In this document: positions 28,312 to 38,869 of the stretch, piece after piece | How positions within the stretch are numbered: the first letter of the stretch is position 1 | Layout: the number at the start of each line of letters is the position of its first letter | From: Candidatus Sumerlaeaceae bacterium | GTDB taxonomy: Bacteria > Sumerlaeota > Sumerlaeia > Sumerlaeales > Sumerlaeaceae | NCBI GenBank assembly: GCA_049968255.1 | Contig: JBMFRB010000001.1 | Coordinates: 333,395-397,394, forward strand | Length of the DNA: 64,000 nt | Reading direction: 5' to 3' | Program-made: the position numbers and the translations under genes | Notes under the pieces: model-generated | The model's input: only the letters and a program-made list of their open reading frames with translations | Told to the model about the DNA's origin: nothing | Databases searched by the model: none

Positions 28312-30810
28312 CTAGAACGCGGAGGTGAAGGTAAAGTGGAACAGCTGTGTTTGGTCGCGTTTGTCGCGAAGGACAGGCACGGCGAGATCAAGCGCGACTT
28401 GCGCAATAGGCAAGCGGAGGCGCATACCTGTGCCTAGAGATGCTTTGGGCTTGGTGAATTCGAACGGTTTTCGCCCCAACACGCCGACGTCGGCGAAAAG
28501 CACACCGGAGATGTTTTCTGTGAATGGGTAGCGCAGTTCGTTCTGCACGAGAAGCTTCGTCGAGCCGCCGAGCGGGATGTCCTCGTTGCGGCTATCATGA
28601 GGCCCAGCGCCCCACAGTTTGAAGCCGCGCATATCTTGCGACCCGCCGAGGAAGAATCGATCGGCATAGCCGATGTTTGTCGCATCGTAGGGCATAAGCC
28701 CAGCCTGAGTGCGCATGGCCCACACCCAATCGCCGAAAGTCGGTTTATAGGTGGCGTATTGTCCCTCGAACTTGAGGAGGAAGCCATCGGCTGCACCGGT
28801 TTCCACACCGCCGTACCAGTAATGGCCGCTCGTCGGGAAGAAGGAGTCGTCGCGATCGTCACGAATAAGCCGGTAGCGAATGGTCGCCGCGACGTAGTCG
28901 TTGAACTTCTCGCGCGGCTCGTCCTTCTTATCAAAGCTAAACCGATTTGAGTCGAGACGGAACCGCCACGCTTCCTTGAGTGTATCGGTCAAAGGTTTTG
29001 TGAACTCAGCAGTCGTTCCTGTTGCAGTTTGATGGAAACCACCGGTGCGCAGGTAGCGCCGATGGTAAACCGAGAATTGTGCAGCGGTATCGGTCCCCCG
29101 CCAGTAGCGGTCGAAGTAGGTGATATCGAAACTTGTCACCTTTGAGCCAATCGCCCCTGACACGCGAAGATCACGGGCCATGCCGAAAAGGTTACGCTCG
29201 ATGTAGTTTGCGTAAATGAAGCCACCTTCGACGTCGCCAAAGCCCACCCCAAAAATGAGGCTTCCGGTGTTGCCCTGCGTCACTTCCACAATCATGTCGC
29301 GGACCGTGGGGTCAGCCGTCATCTGGCTGTGGACCTTCACATCTTCGAAGACGTTGAGCGAGAGCAGACGTTCGCGCGTGCGCACTTCCTCAAAGCGACG
29401 ATAAACCTGCCCAGGCTTTAGGCGGACTTCGCGCTGGATGACTTCATCTTTTACAGGCGGAGTAAAGCGGGAGTACCAGCGCCGGAGCCAGCCCATCGAT
29501 TCATCATCCGGATAGCTCTGCGCCACAATTTTGACGTCGCCCACATAAATCCGTGGTCCCTCCGTCACGATCACATCCACATGGACCACGCCTTGCTCGG
29601 GATCTTTGTGAAATTCAGGCTCGACCTTAGCCGAAAGAAAACCTTCGTCGCCATACATATTTTTGATTTTGTTCGCAGCGGCAGAGAATTTTGCCGCACT
29701 GTAGTATTGGCCCTGCATCGACAGGAAAGGGGCTAGAATCTCATCGCGAGAGAAAATCGTGTAGCCGCGCGCATCAATGCGTCCCACCCGATAGCGCTGC
29801 CCCTCTTTGACTTCCACGACGGGGCTAACCCATGACTGATTCGGACCGTAAATAAAGTCGCCACGGTTGACCTCAACATCAAGGAAACCACGGCCCACAT
29901 AGATGGCCTTTATGGTTTCAAGGTCCTCTTGGAAGCGCGTCTCGTTATAATAATGCTTGAAAGGCCCCCACGACCCCTTGTTCGTGGTGCGCAATTGGAT
30001 GGCAAGGTTGCTGATGTTTTTGTTTCCGCGAATGATGAAGTCTTTAATCTTGGTCTGCGTGCCTTCATCCACAGTGATTTCAAGTCGGACGCCGTTGTCG
30101 GCTGCAGGGCGTTCTTCTACACGCACGACTGCGTCAGTGTAGCCTTTTTCCTCGTAGTAGCGTTGGATACTGTCGCGGATTTTGTTTTGAGCCTGAACGC
30201 CATAGGTTTCGCCCTTTTTCACCGGAAGTTGAGCCAATAATTTGTCGGTGGGGATCTTCACATTGCCGTTGATCACGATGTCGCGCACAATGGGGTTAGG
30301 CTTGACGACATAGCGCAAAATGACCCCGTGTTCGGCGTTGTCGAGTTCGACAAGAATATCGGGCTGAAAGATACCAAGCTCAACAAGACGACGAACATCT
30401 TCGCGCTGTTTGTCGGCGTCAAGTGGCTCGCCAACTCTGCTCTGAATGACGCGGAGAGCTTTTTTCTGCTCCTCGGCTGTGGCCCCCACAATCTCGATCT
30501 TCGCGATCACAGGCGGACGTTTGCTGGATATGGCCTTTGGAGGCGGAGTAAGCTTAGCAGCCGTCGCCTGATCGTCGGCTTCGGTGCGTGGCCGCACATC
30601 AGGTCTGCCCGGCACCTGCAAATCCTCCGGCGACGATTCGTCACTCTTAGTCTCCGAGTCCAGCGATACCATCGGCGCAGGCGCGCCGGGGAACATAGCT
30701 GGTTGCGCTAACACCAGAGCAGCACACGCGAGAACAAGAACAACGCACAGTAGGCCTGCGCCCCAGAGACGTCTCATACTCCAAACCTCAATTCTCGCAA
30801 TCTTGCACAA
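28312..30810 (-). CDS. bamA: Outer membrane protein assembly factor BamA
   Basis: Five POTRA-like repeats, barrel with ERNLFG and FFLGG..MRGF, terminal Phe. Confidence 0.92.
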   Translation of the reverse strand: MCKIARIEVWSMRRLWGAGLLCVVLVLACAALVLAQPAMFPGAPAPMVSLDSETKSDESSPEDLQVPGRPDVRPRTEADDQATAAKLTPPPKAISSKRPPVIAKIEIVGATAEEQKKALRVIQSRVGEPLDADKQREDVRRLVELGIFQPDILVELDNAEHGVILRYVVKPNPIVRDIVINGNVKIPTDKLLAQLPVKKGETYGVQAQNKIRDSIQRYYEEKGYTDAVVRVEERPAADNGVRLEITVDEGTQTKIKDFIIRGNKNISNLAIQLRTTNKGSWGPFKHYYNETRFQEDLETIKAIYVGRGFLDVEVNRGDFIYGPNQSWVSPVVEVKEGQRYRVGRIDARGYTIFSRDEILAPFLSMQGQYYSAAKFSAAANKIKNMYGDEGFLSAKVEPEFHKDPEQGVVHVDVIVTEGPRIYVGDVKIVAQSYPDDESMGWLRRWYSRFTPPVKDEVIQREVRLKPGQVYRRFEEVRTRERLLSLNVFEDVKVHSQMTADPTVRDMIVEVTQGNTGSLIFGVGFGDVEGGFIYANYIERNLFGMARDLRVSGAIGSKVTSFDITYFDRYWRGTDTAAQFSVYHRRYLRTGGFHQTATGTTAEFTKPLTDTLKEAWRFRLDSNRFSFDKKDEPREKFNDYVAATIRYRLIRDDRDDSFFPTSGHYWYGGVETGAADGFLLKFEGQYATYKPTFGDWVWAMRTQAGLMPYDATNIGYADRFFLGGSQDMRGFKLWGAGPHDSRNEDIPLGGSTKLLVQNELRYPFTENISGVLFADVGVLGRKPFEFTKPKASLGTGMRLRLPIAQVALDLAVPVLRDKRDQTQLFHFTFTSAF

Positions 30811-30924
30811 TCGACTTTATGACGCTTGAACTTTCCCACGCACAACTTGAACATTGCCTAAGCCGCCAGCGGGGTATTTTCAATGCTCAAATCCTGCTTT
30901 TCTGGTGCTACGAAACAGCTGCGG

Positions 30925-32949
30925 CTACAGAAACACCGGACTAATTTTGATTCTTTGGCCCAAAGCGCGCCACTGGTCGCGCAGATACTCGTTGATCAGC
31001 GTTTCCACTTTCCGGTCAAGCACTTCGCGCACGAGTTGGGGGAGTTCCTTGCGGAACTCATCCTGATCAGGCAAACTGCGCTCCGTCAGGTGCCAAACTG
31101 CGTAACCCATGGGTTCCTTTGGTGGGCCAATGACCGAAAGCTCGATCGTGCCTGTTTTAGCCTGATCGAGTTGCTCGTCGAGATTTTCCACGGGGCCAAA
31201 CTCGCGGCGAAGTTCCGCATGTTTGAGCGGCTGCGTGCGCACCACCGTTGTCCCATGCTCGGCGGCAGCGGCCCGCAGTGCGTCGAGATTTACGGCCTTG
31301 CTCTTGATTGCTTCGGCCTTTTCTCGCACAAGCTCACGAGCTTTTTCGAGTCGGTATTCGCGTTCGACCTTGTCGTGGATCTCTTCCAATGGCGGGGTGT
31401 GAGCCGGATACTCCTGGCGCACCTCGATGACGAGATGCCGATTGGCATCACTGAGCACATCCGAGCGTCCGCCCCGCTGGAGATCCATGACCGCCTCTTG
31501 GAAATCTCCGAGGAAGCCAATCCCCGGCAAGAAAAGAGAGCCTTTGTCCACTTTCTTTGTGAGTTGGACGGGGTGGCTCGTGACCTCGGCAAGCTTGTCA
31601 AGACTGGTGTACTTTTGACTATTTTTGCGGAGTTCTTCTCCAATTTGATCGAAAACTGGCGTGGCTTTCTCGTCGAGCACTCGGTCGCGCACGAGATTGC
31701 GGACTTTTTCCAGCGGCTGGAGCTTGCCTTCTTTGCGCTCTTCGACTTTCACGATGTGGAAACCACGAGCGGTTTCGATGGGCGGGTGCACTGCGCCCGG
31801 AGCAAGGTTGAAGACAGCACTCGTCCACGCGTCGCCATAAAAAACTTTGGCTGTGTTGCGATCAATGAATCCAAGGTTGCCGCCAGCGGTGGTGTTATCG
31901 TCGGTCGCTGTGGTCTCTTCGTCGAGCGCCCGCGGCGGGAGTGGACTTGGCTCGTTGTAGCGGTCGGCAAGGGCCGCAAAGTCTTCTCCCTTCACGATGC
32001 GCTGGAAGATCTCGGTGGCACGGGCTCGCACCTCAGCTGTGCGCGAGGTTAGCTCCTCGGGCGACATCGGATTTTCGGGATCAGGCACGGGGCGGGAAAG
32101 GAATATCTGACGCACTTTGGCCTTGGGTGGCGTGCGGAAGTCCTCAAGGTGGGCGTTATAATAGCTCGTGATCTCGTCGTCGGTGACGGTAAGACTCGTT
32201 TTGACGTCGTCTTTGCGCACGAGGATGTAGGCGTACTCGACCTGATCTGGCACCTCAAACTTCTTCGCGTTCTTCTCATAGTAATCGCGCAGCTCGGCAT
32301 CCGTGACTTTGACCTTAGGGGCATAATTTTCGGCAAGGAGTTTGACGTAATCGAGAACCACCTTTTCATTTTTGGCTTTGTAGGCCAGCCACGCGTCGTA
32401 AACCGTGACGCGGGTGCGCGAGGCGAGAAGCTCTCGCACGCGGTTGAGGAGCAGGGCATAACGTTGGCGCGCGATGTAGTCATCGAAACTCATGCCTGTG
32501 CGTTGCTCGATGTACCGAATCGCCATGGCGCGCTGCTCGGGGGGGATTTGCTGCTGAAGATCGCGCAACACTTCATCTTCGGTCACGACGATGCCGTTCT
32601 CCTGAGCAAAATGTTCGAGGAGCTTAAGATTGATGGCTTCGCGCACGATCATCGCTTGGTTGACGAGTTCATCCATGGCGCGTTGATCGAGGTTTTCCCC
32701 GGTAAGATGGGCATAACCTTGCAGGCGGTTGAGCAAAACCTGGCGCGCAACGGCCATGTCAAATTTTCGGATTTCGGCTTTATCACCGAACGTTGAGAAC
32801 TTGATCGTGGCCGCAACACCCTCGGGCATACCGCCACGGCCGCCTCGGCTCTGGAAACCGTAAAAAACCACAAACGAAGGAATAACGATCGCCAACACGG
32901 CGATCATTATGCCGCGCATGAATTTTTCGTGGCGAAACTTACGTAGCAT
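30925..32949 (-). CDS. PpiD/SurA-like parvulin peptidyl-prolyl isomerase
   Basis: N-terminal TM, SurA-N-like region, rotamase GEDFAALA...GGNLGF...GFHIVKV. Confidence 0.88.
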   Translation of the reverse strand: MLRKFRHEKFMRGIMIAVLAIVIPSFVVFYGFQSRGGRGGMPEGVAATIKFSTFGDKAEIRKFDMAVARQVLLNRLQGYAHLTGENLDQRAMDELVNQAMIVREAINLKLLEHFAQENGIVVTEDEVLRDLQQQIPPEQRAMAIRYIEQRTGMSFDDYIARQRYALLLNRVRELLASRTRVTVYDAWLAYKAKNEKVVLDYVKLLAENYAPKVKVTDAELRDYYEKNAKKFEVPDQVEYAYILVRKDDVKTSLTVTDDEITSYYNAHLEDFRTPPKAKVRQIFLSRPVPDPENPMSPEELTSRTAEVRARATEIFQRIVKGEDFAALADRYNEPSPLPPRALDEETTATDDNTTAGGNLGFIDRNTAKVFYGDAWTSAVFNLAPGAVHPPIETARGFHIVKVEERKEGKLQPLEKVRNLVRDRVLDEKATPVFDQIGEELRKNSQKYTSLDKLAEVTSHPVQLTKKVDKGSLFLPGIGFLGDFQEAVMDLQRGGRSDVLSDANRHLVIEVRQEYPAHTPPLEEIHDKVEREYRLEKARELVREKAEAIKSKAVNLDALRAAAAEHGTTVVRTQPLKHAELRREFGPVENLDEQLDQAKTGTIELSVIGPPKEPMGYAVWHLTERSLPDQDEFRKELPQLVREVLDRKVETLINEYLRDQWRALGQRIKISPVFL

Positions 32950-33179
32950 CCTTTACAAAACTCCCGTCGGTTCAGAATACGTAAACTCACTCAATCGAGG
33001 CCTCGGCCCCCATGCGCTGAGGACAGCCGTTTTTGGCGCACGCAAGCACGGTCCGTTCTCAATCATGGACGCACGATAGTCCGAAGGGCAATGTCTGCAA
33101 GTCAATAAAAAGGCTCGTGCGACAATCGCCCGGCACTCCGTGGCATTGCGCCAACCGGTATTGGTGCCAACGGGGACCT

Positions 33180-34268
33180 TTACGCAATGATTGCGCCCTT
33201 GTCACCTGTCGAAACAATTCCTGCGACAAAGCGCTTGTAGGCAAAGAAGTCCTCGCAGTAGGCCGCACCTTCGTCGAATGTGATGACGTTCGCACGAACG
33301 AGATCCGCAAGCGCCTGGTCGAATGTTTGCATGCCATCGTCGCGACCTTTTATGACGGAAAAGATGTCAGGAATGCGGTTTTCTCGAATGAGCTTTGAAA
33401 TCGTGCTGTTGACGACCATGATTTCTAGTGCTGCAATGCGGCCGGTGCCATCGGCACGTTTGACTAGACGCTGAGTGATCGAAGCCTTGAGGTTCAAAGA
33501 GAGTTGCTCGCGAAGCAGATCATGCTCGTTTTCAGGGAAGTAGCCAATGATACGCTGCACGGTGTGAACTGCGCTGGTCGTGTGGAGCGTTGAGAACACG
33601 AGGTGCCCCGTTTCGGCTGCTTTGATGGCGACGCGAATGGTTTCAGCATCGCGCATTTCACCCACAAGGATGATGTCGGGGTCCATCCGCATGGCCTGGC
33701 GCAATCCGACGTTGAAGTCGGGGATGTCTTTACCGATCTCGCGCTGACTGATCACCGACTTCTTGTTCACATAAACGTACTCGATTGGGTCTTCGATTGT
33801 GATGATGCGTGCGGACTCGATATCGTTGACGTAGTCGAGCATTGCGGCCAGTGTTGTGGATTTGCCGGAGCCCGTCATGCCGGTGAGAAGGACCATCCCG
33901 CGCGGATTGCGAGCAATGGTCTTGAGCACTTCGGGTAGCTGCAGCTCATCAATTGTGGGAACGCGCAATGGGATCAGGCGCATCACAATTCCGAGCTTGC
34001 CAGTGGAATAGAACGCGACGCAGCGAAAACGAATCTCGGTGCCTAGCTGATAGCTAAAATCGCAGCCGCGCTGACTTTCGAGCTCGCGCATGAGGTGGTG
34101 CGGCATCATCTTGTGCAGAATTTCCTGCATTTCTTTGCGCGGTATGGGCGGCACTTCGACCTTCTTGAGGTCGCCATTGATTCTGAAAAACGGCGCGCTG
34201 TCCTCCATCAGGTGGATGTCAGAGGCCTTGACCTTTTTCGCACCGAGCAAAAGAGCCTCGAAGTTCAT
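33180..34268 (-). CDS. pilT: Type IV pilus retraction ATPase (PilT/PilU family)
   Basis: ASDIHL, Walker A GMTGSGKSTT, TIEDPIE, DPDIILVGEMRD, AETGHLVFSTLHT, GMQTFDQ. Confidence 0.92.
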   Translation of the reverse strand: MNFEALLLGAKKVKASDIHLMEDSAPFFRINGDLKKVEVPPIPRKEMQEILHKMMPHHLMRELESQRGCDFSYQLGTEIRFRCVAFYSTGKLGIVMRLIPLRVPTIDELQLPEVLKTIARNPRGMVLLTGMTGSGKSTTLAAMLDYVNDIESARIITIEDPIEYVYVNKKSVISQREIGKDIPDFNVGLRQAMRMDPDIILVGEMRDAETIRVAIKAAETGHLVFSTLHTTSAVHTVQRIIGYFPENEHDLLREQLSLNLKASITQRLVKRADGTGRIAALEIMVVNSTISKLIRENRIPDIFSVIKGRDDGMQTFDQALADLVRANVITFDEGAAYCEDFFAYKRFVAGIVSTGDKGAIIA

Positions 34269-34515
34269 TTTTCTTACCCGTCAATGACCTGGTTGTAGAA
34301 GTTTGTGAAGCACGTGAAACGGCACTTCGATAAATCTACCAACGGTGGTTCAAGAAAAAATTCGCACCAGAAGCATCGCACCACCAGCCGCTTGCGAAAA
34401 GTGCTCGACACGGCATGGTCCAGGGATGCATTATTAAGGATAGGACATAAGTGAAAGCACAAGACAAGACCGCTACTCGCGACACTGCGAGCAAGAAGTG
34501 AGGTAGTAGGGATTT

Positions 34516-35757
34516 ATGCCAACTTTTACCTACGTCGCACGAAACCCACAAGGGAAGGTCATCACAGGAAAAACCGAAGCAGCAACCCAGGGCATGGTGG
34601 TCAAGATCCTCAAGGATCAGGGGCTGACGCCAACCTCTATTCAGCTTGCCGCTGCGACAACCGACACACGCACTGCCTCACGTAAGCAAAAATTGAAAAG
34701 GGGGCGAGTGACGATCGAAGATCTCGTTCTGATTTCGCGGCAGCTTGCGACAATGATCCGCGCGGGCTTGCCGCTCATCGAGGTGCTCAACATCCTCGGC
34801 GATCAGGTAGATAAGCTCACGCTTCGGCTAGTTCTGCGCCAAATCGAGCGCGACGTACAGGGCGGTAGCTCGCTTTACGAGGCAATGGCGCGCCATCCGC
34901 GTGTTTTCAACCAGTTCTTTCTTAGCATGGTGAAAGCCGGCGAGGCGAGCGGTATGCTCGATGCGATCCTGGACCAAGTGGCCATCTATATGGAAAAGGC
35001 GGCCTCCATTAGGCGTAAAGTGAAGTCGGCTACCATGTATCCCGCTGCCGTGAGTGTTTTCGCTGTGTTGATTATGACGCTTATCATGTGGAAAGTTGTG
35101 CCCGTTTTCCAAGAAATTTTCGAGGGATTGGGTGGCGACCTTCCGTTGCTTACCAAAATCGTGATTGCTTCCAGCAACTTTGTGCGCGACCGCTGGTACA
35201 TTGTGCTCGCTGCAGTGATAGGCCTCGTGATTGTCCTTATCCAGTGGGGCAAGACCAAGCCAGGCCGTTATCAAATTGACACGTTTAAATTGAAGATGCC
35301 GATCTTTGGCCCACTCCTGCTCAAGGTGGCTATTGCGCGCTTTAGCCGCTCGCTTGGGACGTTGATGCGTGCGGGCGTTAACATCTTAAGCGCTCTCGAA
35401 ATCACCGCAAAGACTGCGGGCAATGTGGTGATCGAGGAGGCGGTGACGCGAACCCGTCAGGCTATCCAAAGCGGAGAGGGAATCACAAAGCCGCTGGCAG
35501 AGTCGGGGGTGTTTCCCCCCATGGTGACGCGCATGATCGAGGTGGGCGAAAGGACAGGCGCCCTTGAGAATATGCTGCATAAAATTGCTGAATATTACGA
35601 GGACCAAGTGGATGCCGCCGTGTCGGGATTGACAAGCCTTATAGAACCGCTCCTGATCATCGTACTCGGCTCGATCATCGGAATCATCGTGATCTCGATG
35701 TTCCTCCCGTTGATCAAAATGCTCGAGCTCGTGCAGCAATCTGGCCGTCAAAAATAA
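34516..35757 (+). CDS. pilC: Type IV pilus/T2SS platform protein (PilC/GspF)
   Basis: SRQLATMIRAGLP, AGEASGML, YP, VGERTGAL, LIEP...MFLP. Confidence 0.93.
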   Translation: MPTFTYVARNPQGKVITGKTEAATQGMVVKILKDQGLTPTSIQLAAATTDTRTASRKQKLKRGRVTIEDLVLISRQLATMIRAGLPLIEVLNILGDQVDKLTLRLVLRQIERDVQGGSSLYEAMARHPRVFNQFFLSMVKAGEASGMLDAILDQVAIYMEKAASIRRKVKSATMYPAAVSVFAVLIMTLIMWKVVPVFQEIFEGLGGDLPLLTKIVIASSNFVRDRWYIVLAAVIGLVIVLIQWGKTKPGRYQIDTFKLKMPIFGPLLLKVAIARFSRSLGTLMRAGVNILSALEITAKTAGNVVIEEAVTRTRQAIQSGEGITKPLAESGVFPPMVTRMIEVGERTGALENMLHKIAEYYEDQVDAAVSGLTSLIEPLLIIVLGSIIGIIVISMFLPLIKMLELVQQSGRQK

Positions 35758-35774
35758 CGCCGAATTGGGGATGA

Positions 35775-36785
35775 GTGATGGTAGATCCCGAACTTGAACA
35801 ACAATTAGCCGACACGAAAGAGCTGCTCAAGCTCTGGCAAGAGTTCTATGAATACTTCGAAATGGCGAAAAAGGGCGAGAATCTCACGCCTGAGAAAGAG
35901 GAGGCTTTCCTTGAGCTGAAGAGCAAAATCGCTATGCTCCACGACAGCTTCATGGAGGCGCTTACTCACGATCAGAACATTGGCCAGAACATACTGGATA
36001 TCGTGACGCGCTCAATCTCACTGAAGCACCTGAATCGGCAAAACGTTGCCGACATCAAGAAGATGGAAATCGAGTGGCACGAAAGTTATTTGCTGCTCAA
36101 CGAAACAATCGCTCTTCTTTCTGAGAAACGCGAGCAGCTCGCCAACATGAGCGAAGCACAAGTGCGAGCGCAAAAAGCGGCGGGATTTGCCACACAGCGG
36201 ATTTCAGCGATTTTGACGAGCATCTATTTCAGAATTGCCGTGATCGCTGTGGTCGTTTTGTTTGCAACCGTTGGTGTTCAGGTGCTTGGGATCTTCGACT
36301 GGAACACGCTCGGGAATTATCCTGTCTTCCATGCTCCCTACCGCATCGGGAAGAAGATTTACCGCGCCATTGGCGATGCAAACAGTCCATGGCCCAATAT
36401 TGCGGTAACCGATGGCGACCGCGCGGCTGTGAGCTCCACAAGATGGGCCGGCAAGCCTGAAGTACAGAATGAACCCAAAGATAAAGTCTTAGCTATGCCG
36501 GCGCTGCGCTCGTCTGGCGTGGCAGACATTCTCAAAAAGGCAACCGAGTATCGTAAAGAAAAAGTCACAAAAGGTTTGGATCAAGCTGACATTCACACCT
36601 TTCTGCTACCAGAGACCGCAGATGCCATCGCCGCTGAACAAAAGTGGAATGATTACATCAGCAAAAACCGTAAAGAGGAAAGCAAGTATCGCTTCGTTCG
36701 CAATGTTAACGTGATAACAATCATTCACAGCGACAACGAGGGATTGGTCAACGACATAAAAGTCAAAATTTACGACCAGCAGTAA
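35775..36785 (+). CDS. Hypothetical membrane-anchored protein
   Basis: 336-aa ORF with helical N-terminus and one TM segment (IAVIAVVVLFATVGV); 17 bp after pilC. Confidence 0.8.
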   Translation: MMVDPELEQQLADTKELLKLWQEFYEYFEMAKKGENLTPEKEEAFLELKSKIAMLHDSFMEALTHDQNIGQNILDIVTRSISLKHLNRQNVADIKKMEIEWHESYLLLNETIALLSEKREQLANMSEAQVRAQKAAGFATQRISAILTSIYFRIAVIAVVVLFATVGVQVLGIFDWNTLGNYPVFHAPYRIGKKIYRAIGDANSPWPNIAVTDGDRAAVSSTRWAGKPEVQNEPKDKVLAMPALRSSGVADILKKATEYRKEKVTKGLDQADIHTFLLPETADAIAAEQKWNDYISKNRKEESKYRFVRNVNVITIIHSDNEGLVNDIKVKIYDQQ

Positions 36786-36820
36786 CAAACATCGAGAGAG
36801 CCAGTGCCCACAATAAGATC

Positions 36821-38065
36821 TTATGGCGACTTTTTGCTCTGGCGAAGGCCTAAAGCAAGCGCGACGCTGCCAGCTACCAACGTGAGGTTTGCAAGCGTGG
36901 GAATGTAGCCTAAAGCATGAAGTGTGGTGTGGCGGTGAAAGCTGCTGGCCTGGAAAATGGGAAGCCAACTGAGAAGAAGCGCGATCGTCAGTACACGACT
37001 GATTTTCCCCGCTTGTGCCAAAAGGTAGTGGGCAAGCCATGCAGGCCACAGAATCACATAATGATGGCCCTCCAGAACGGGTGAGACAAGCGGAAGTGCC
37101 ACGAGGCCAACAAGCCAAGTCGAACCGAATGTGCAACCGCAGTGCTTGAGTGTGAAGAGCAGCGCAAGGTAGCCACCGCCGGCCAGCATTTCGTACGCGA
37201 GGAGCGCTGCGCGGTAGGCTTGTGGCGAACTCTCGGGCTTGATGTGAAGAAATTCGGTGAGCGCCCGGAAAAGCGAAAAAGAAACGATGTGTGCTAGGTG
37301 CGGGATCTGCGTAACGATATGAGCAAAGTAATACATCTCATCGCGCAAACGACCAAGTACCGACAACAGAACTAAATAAAGTGCGGTTAGGCCGAGCGCG
37401 ACGAAGGGAGGACGCCACCGTTTCCAGAGCACATGTGTTAGAAAAAGCAGCACCGGTTGAATCTTTACGAGACTAGCTAAAACGAGCCAAACCCCTTCAG
37501 CATGATGCTTTTCATGCTTCTGACTGGAAAACGCGAGTGTGAGCGCAAGCACGAGCAAAGGGCCGACCTGCCCCAGTTCGAGACTCCACGCTAAAGGGGA
37601 AAAGAGTGAGAGACTGGCGAGGATTCCAGTGATAGCCACGCGGCGGGAGATCACACAGCAGCTCAGCTCGGCTGCTTCATCATTCTGGTGCACTAAGGCC
37701 CCAGAAATCCACGCCGTCGCGGCGATGCAGCCGAGCATGAGAAGTTTCCAAACGATTTCCGCTTCTTCCAGCGGAAACAGTGCTAGCCATGCGGTGCACA
37801 TTGCGAGAAATTGAGGATATTTAAAAACCTCCCAATGGTCTCGTCCGATAAGCAGGGACGGCGGCAAGTAAACAGGTTCGCCATGAAAGAACTGATGCGC
37901 GGCCCGCCACAAAACGGTGAAATCTACGCCGTGCATTCCGAACGGTACAATGAGGAAATAGTAACTCAATTGAGCGAGGGCGAGACCTGTCAGACACAAA
38001 AACAGTAGGGGTTCGATGCGAATGGGGCTGGAGTTCGACAGCTGGCGCTTGTTCATCATTCGCAC
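36821..38065 (-). CDS. GT87-like (DUF2029) polytopic GT-C glycosyltransferase
   Basis: GVDFTVLWRAA...G..VY, FKYP, LELGQVG, LVKIQP, HHY motifs; many TM segments. Confidence 0.75.
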   Translation of the reverse strand: MRMMNKRQLSNSSPIRIEPLLFLCLTGLALAQLSYYFLIVPFGMHGVDFTVLWRAAHQFFHGEPVYLPPSLLIGRDHWEVFKYPQFLAMCTAWLALFPLEEAEIVWKLLMLGCIAATAWISGALVHQNDEAAELSCCVISRRVAITGILASLSLFSPLAWSLELGQVGPLLVLALTLAFSSQKHEKHHAEGVWLVLASLVKIQPVLLFLTHVLWKRWRPPFVALGLTALYLVLLSVLGRLRDEMYYFAHIVTQIPHLAHIVSFSLFRALTEFLHIKPESSPQAYRAALLAYEMLAGGGYLALLFTLKHCGCTFGSTWLVGLVALPLVSPVLEGHHYVILWPAWLAHYLLAQAGKISRVLTIALLLSWLPIFQASSFHRHTTLHALGYIPTLANLTLVAGSVALALGLRQSKKSP

Positions 38066-38122
38066 CTAATTGCTTGCGGCGGGCGTTGTTTGCAATTTTC
38101 TTCATCCGTGTGACCGAGTGAA

Positions 38123-38869
38123 ATGACACAGCGCTACTACATTGGTCCGAATGTTCCAGCGATCGGCGAACGCGTGGAGTTGGATCCGGAGGAATCACAT
38201 CACCTGGTCCGCGTCATGCGCACCCCAGCCGGAGCCCTTGTGCGTGTCTTTGGAGAAGGCCGGGAGTTCGAGGCGCGGGTGAAAACGTTGCGGCCACGTG
38301 TTGTGGTGCAAATCGAGCGCCAACTAGAATCAATTCCACCATTGCGCGTGCGTCTGCATGTGGCGATTCCTTGGTTGCGCGGCGGACGCACGGAGTTGCT
38401 TGTGCAAAAACTCACCGAACTCGGAGTGCAGGAAATTTCTGTTTACCATGCGGAGCGGTGTGTGGCTCACGGCACAAAAGATAAGGTCGAACGTCTTGAG
38501 CGTGTGGCTATTGAAAGCTGCAAGCAGTGCGAACGCGCCGACATCCCCCTAATTCGCCTGCAGCCCACTTTACGGAGTCTCTTAGAGTATCTGAAAGATC
38601 ACGCCGGATCGCGCCTCTTGCTAGCTGAGCGCGCCGAAGCCCCACGGTTGCAGAGCTATCTGCACATGCGCCAATCGGAGTGCGGTGAAGAATTCCTCCG
38701 GGACGGCCTTGCTCTCATTTCGGGTCCAGAAGGTGGGTTGTCGCCTGGAGAGCTCACCGAAGCGGAGAAATTTGCAACGTTTGTGAGTTTGGGTCCCCGT
38801 ATTCTGCGTGCAGATTTTGCGCCGCTTGTTGCTGTTGCAGTGATTCTGGCAGAGGTGGGAGAGCTGTGA
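38123..38869 (+). CDS. rsmE: 16S rRNA m3U1498 methyltransferase
   Basis: HHLVRVMR, QKLTELGV, ESCKQCER, ISGPEGG, SLGPRILRA. Confidence 0.93.
   Translation: MTQRYYIGPNVPAIGERVELDPEESHHLVRVMRTPAGALVRVFGEGREFEARVKTLRPRVVVQIERQLESIPPLRVRLHVAIPWLRGGRTELLVQKLTELGVQEISVYHAERCVAHGTKDKVERLERVAIESCKQCERADIPLIRLQPTLRSLLEYLKDHAGSRLLLAERAEAPRLQSYLHMRQSECGEEFLRDGLALISGPEGGLSPGELTEAEKFATFVSLGPRILRADFAPLVAVAVILAEVGEL

Noticed and set aside
30883-32052. 389-aa plus-strand ORF
   Set aside because: Shadow of the PpiD/SurA-like gene
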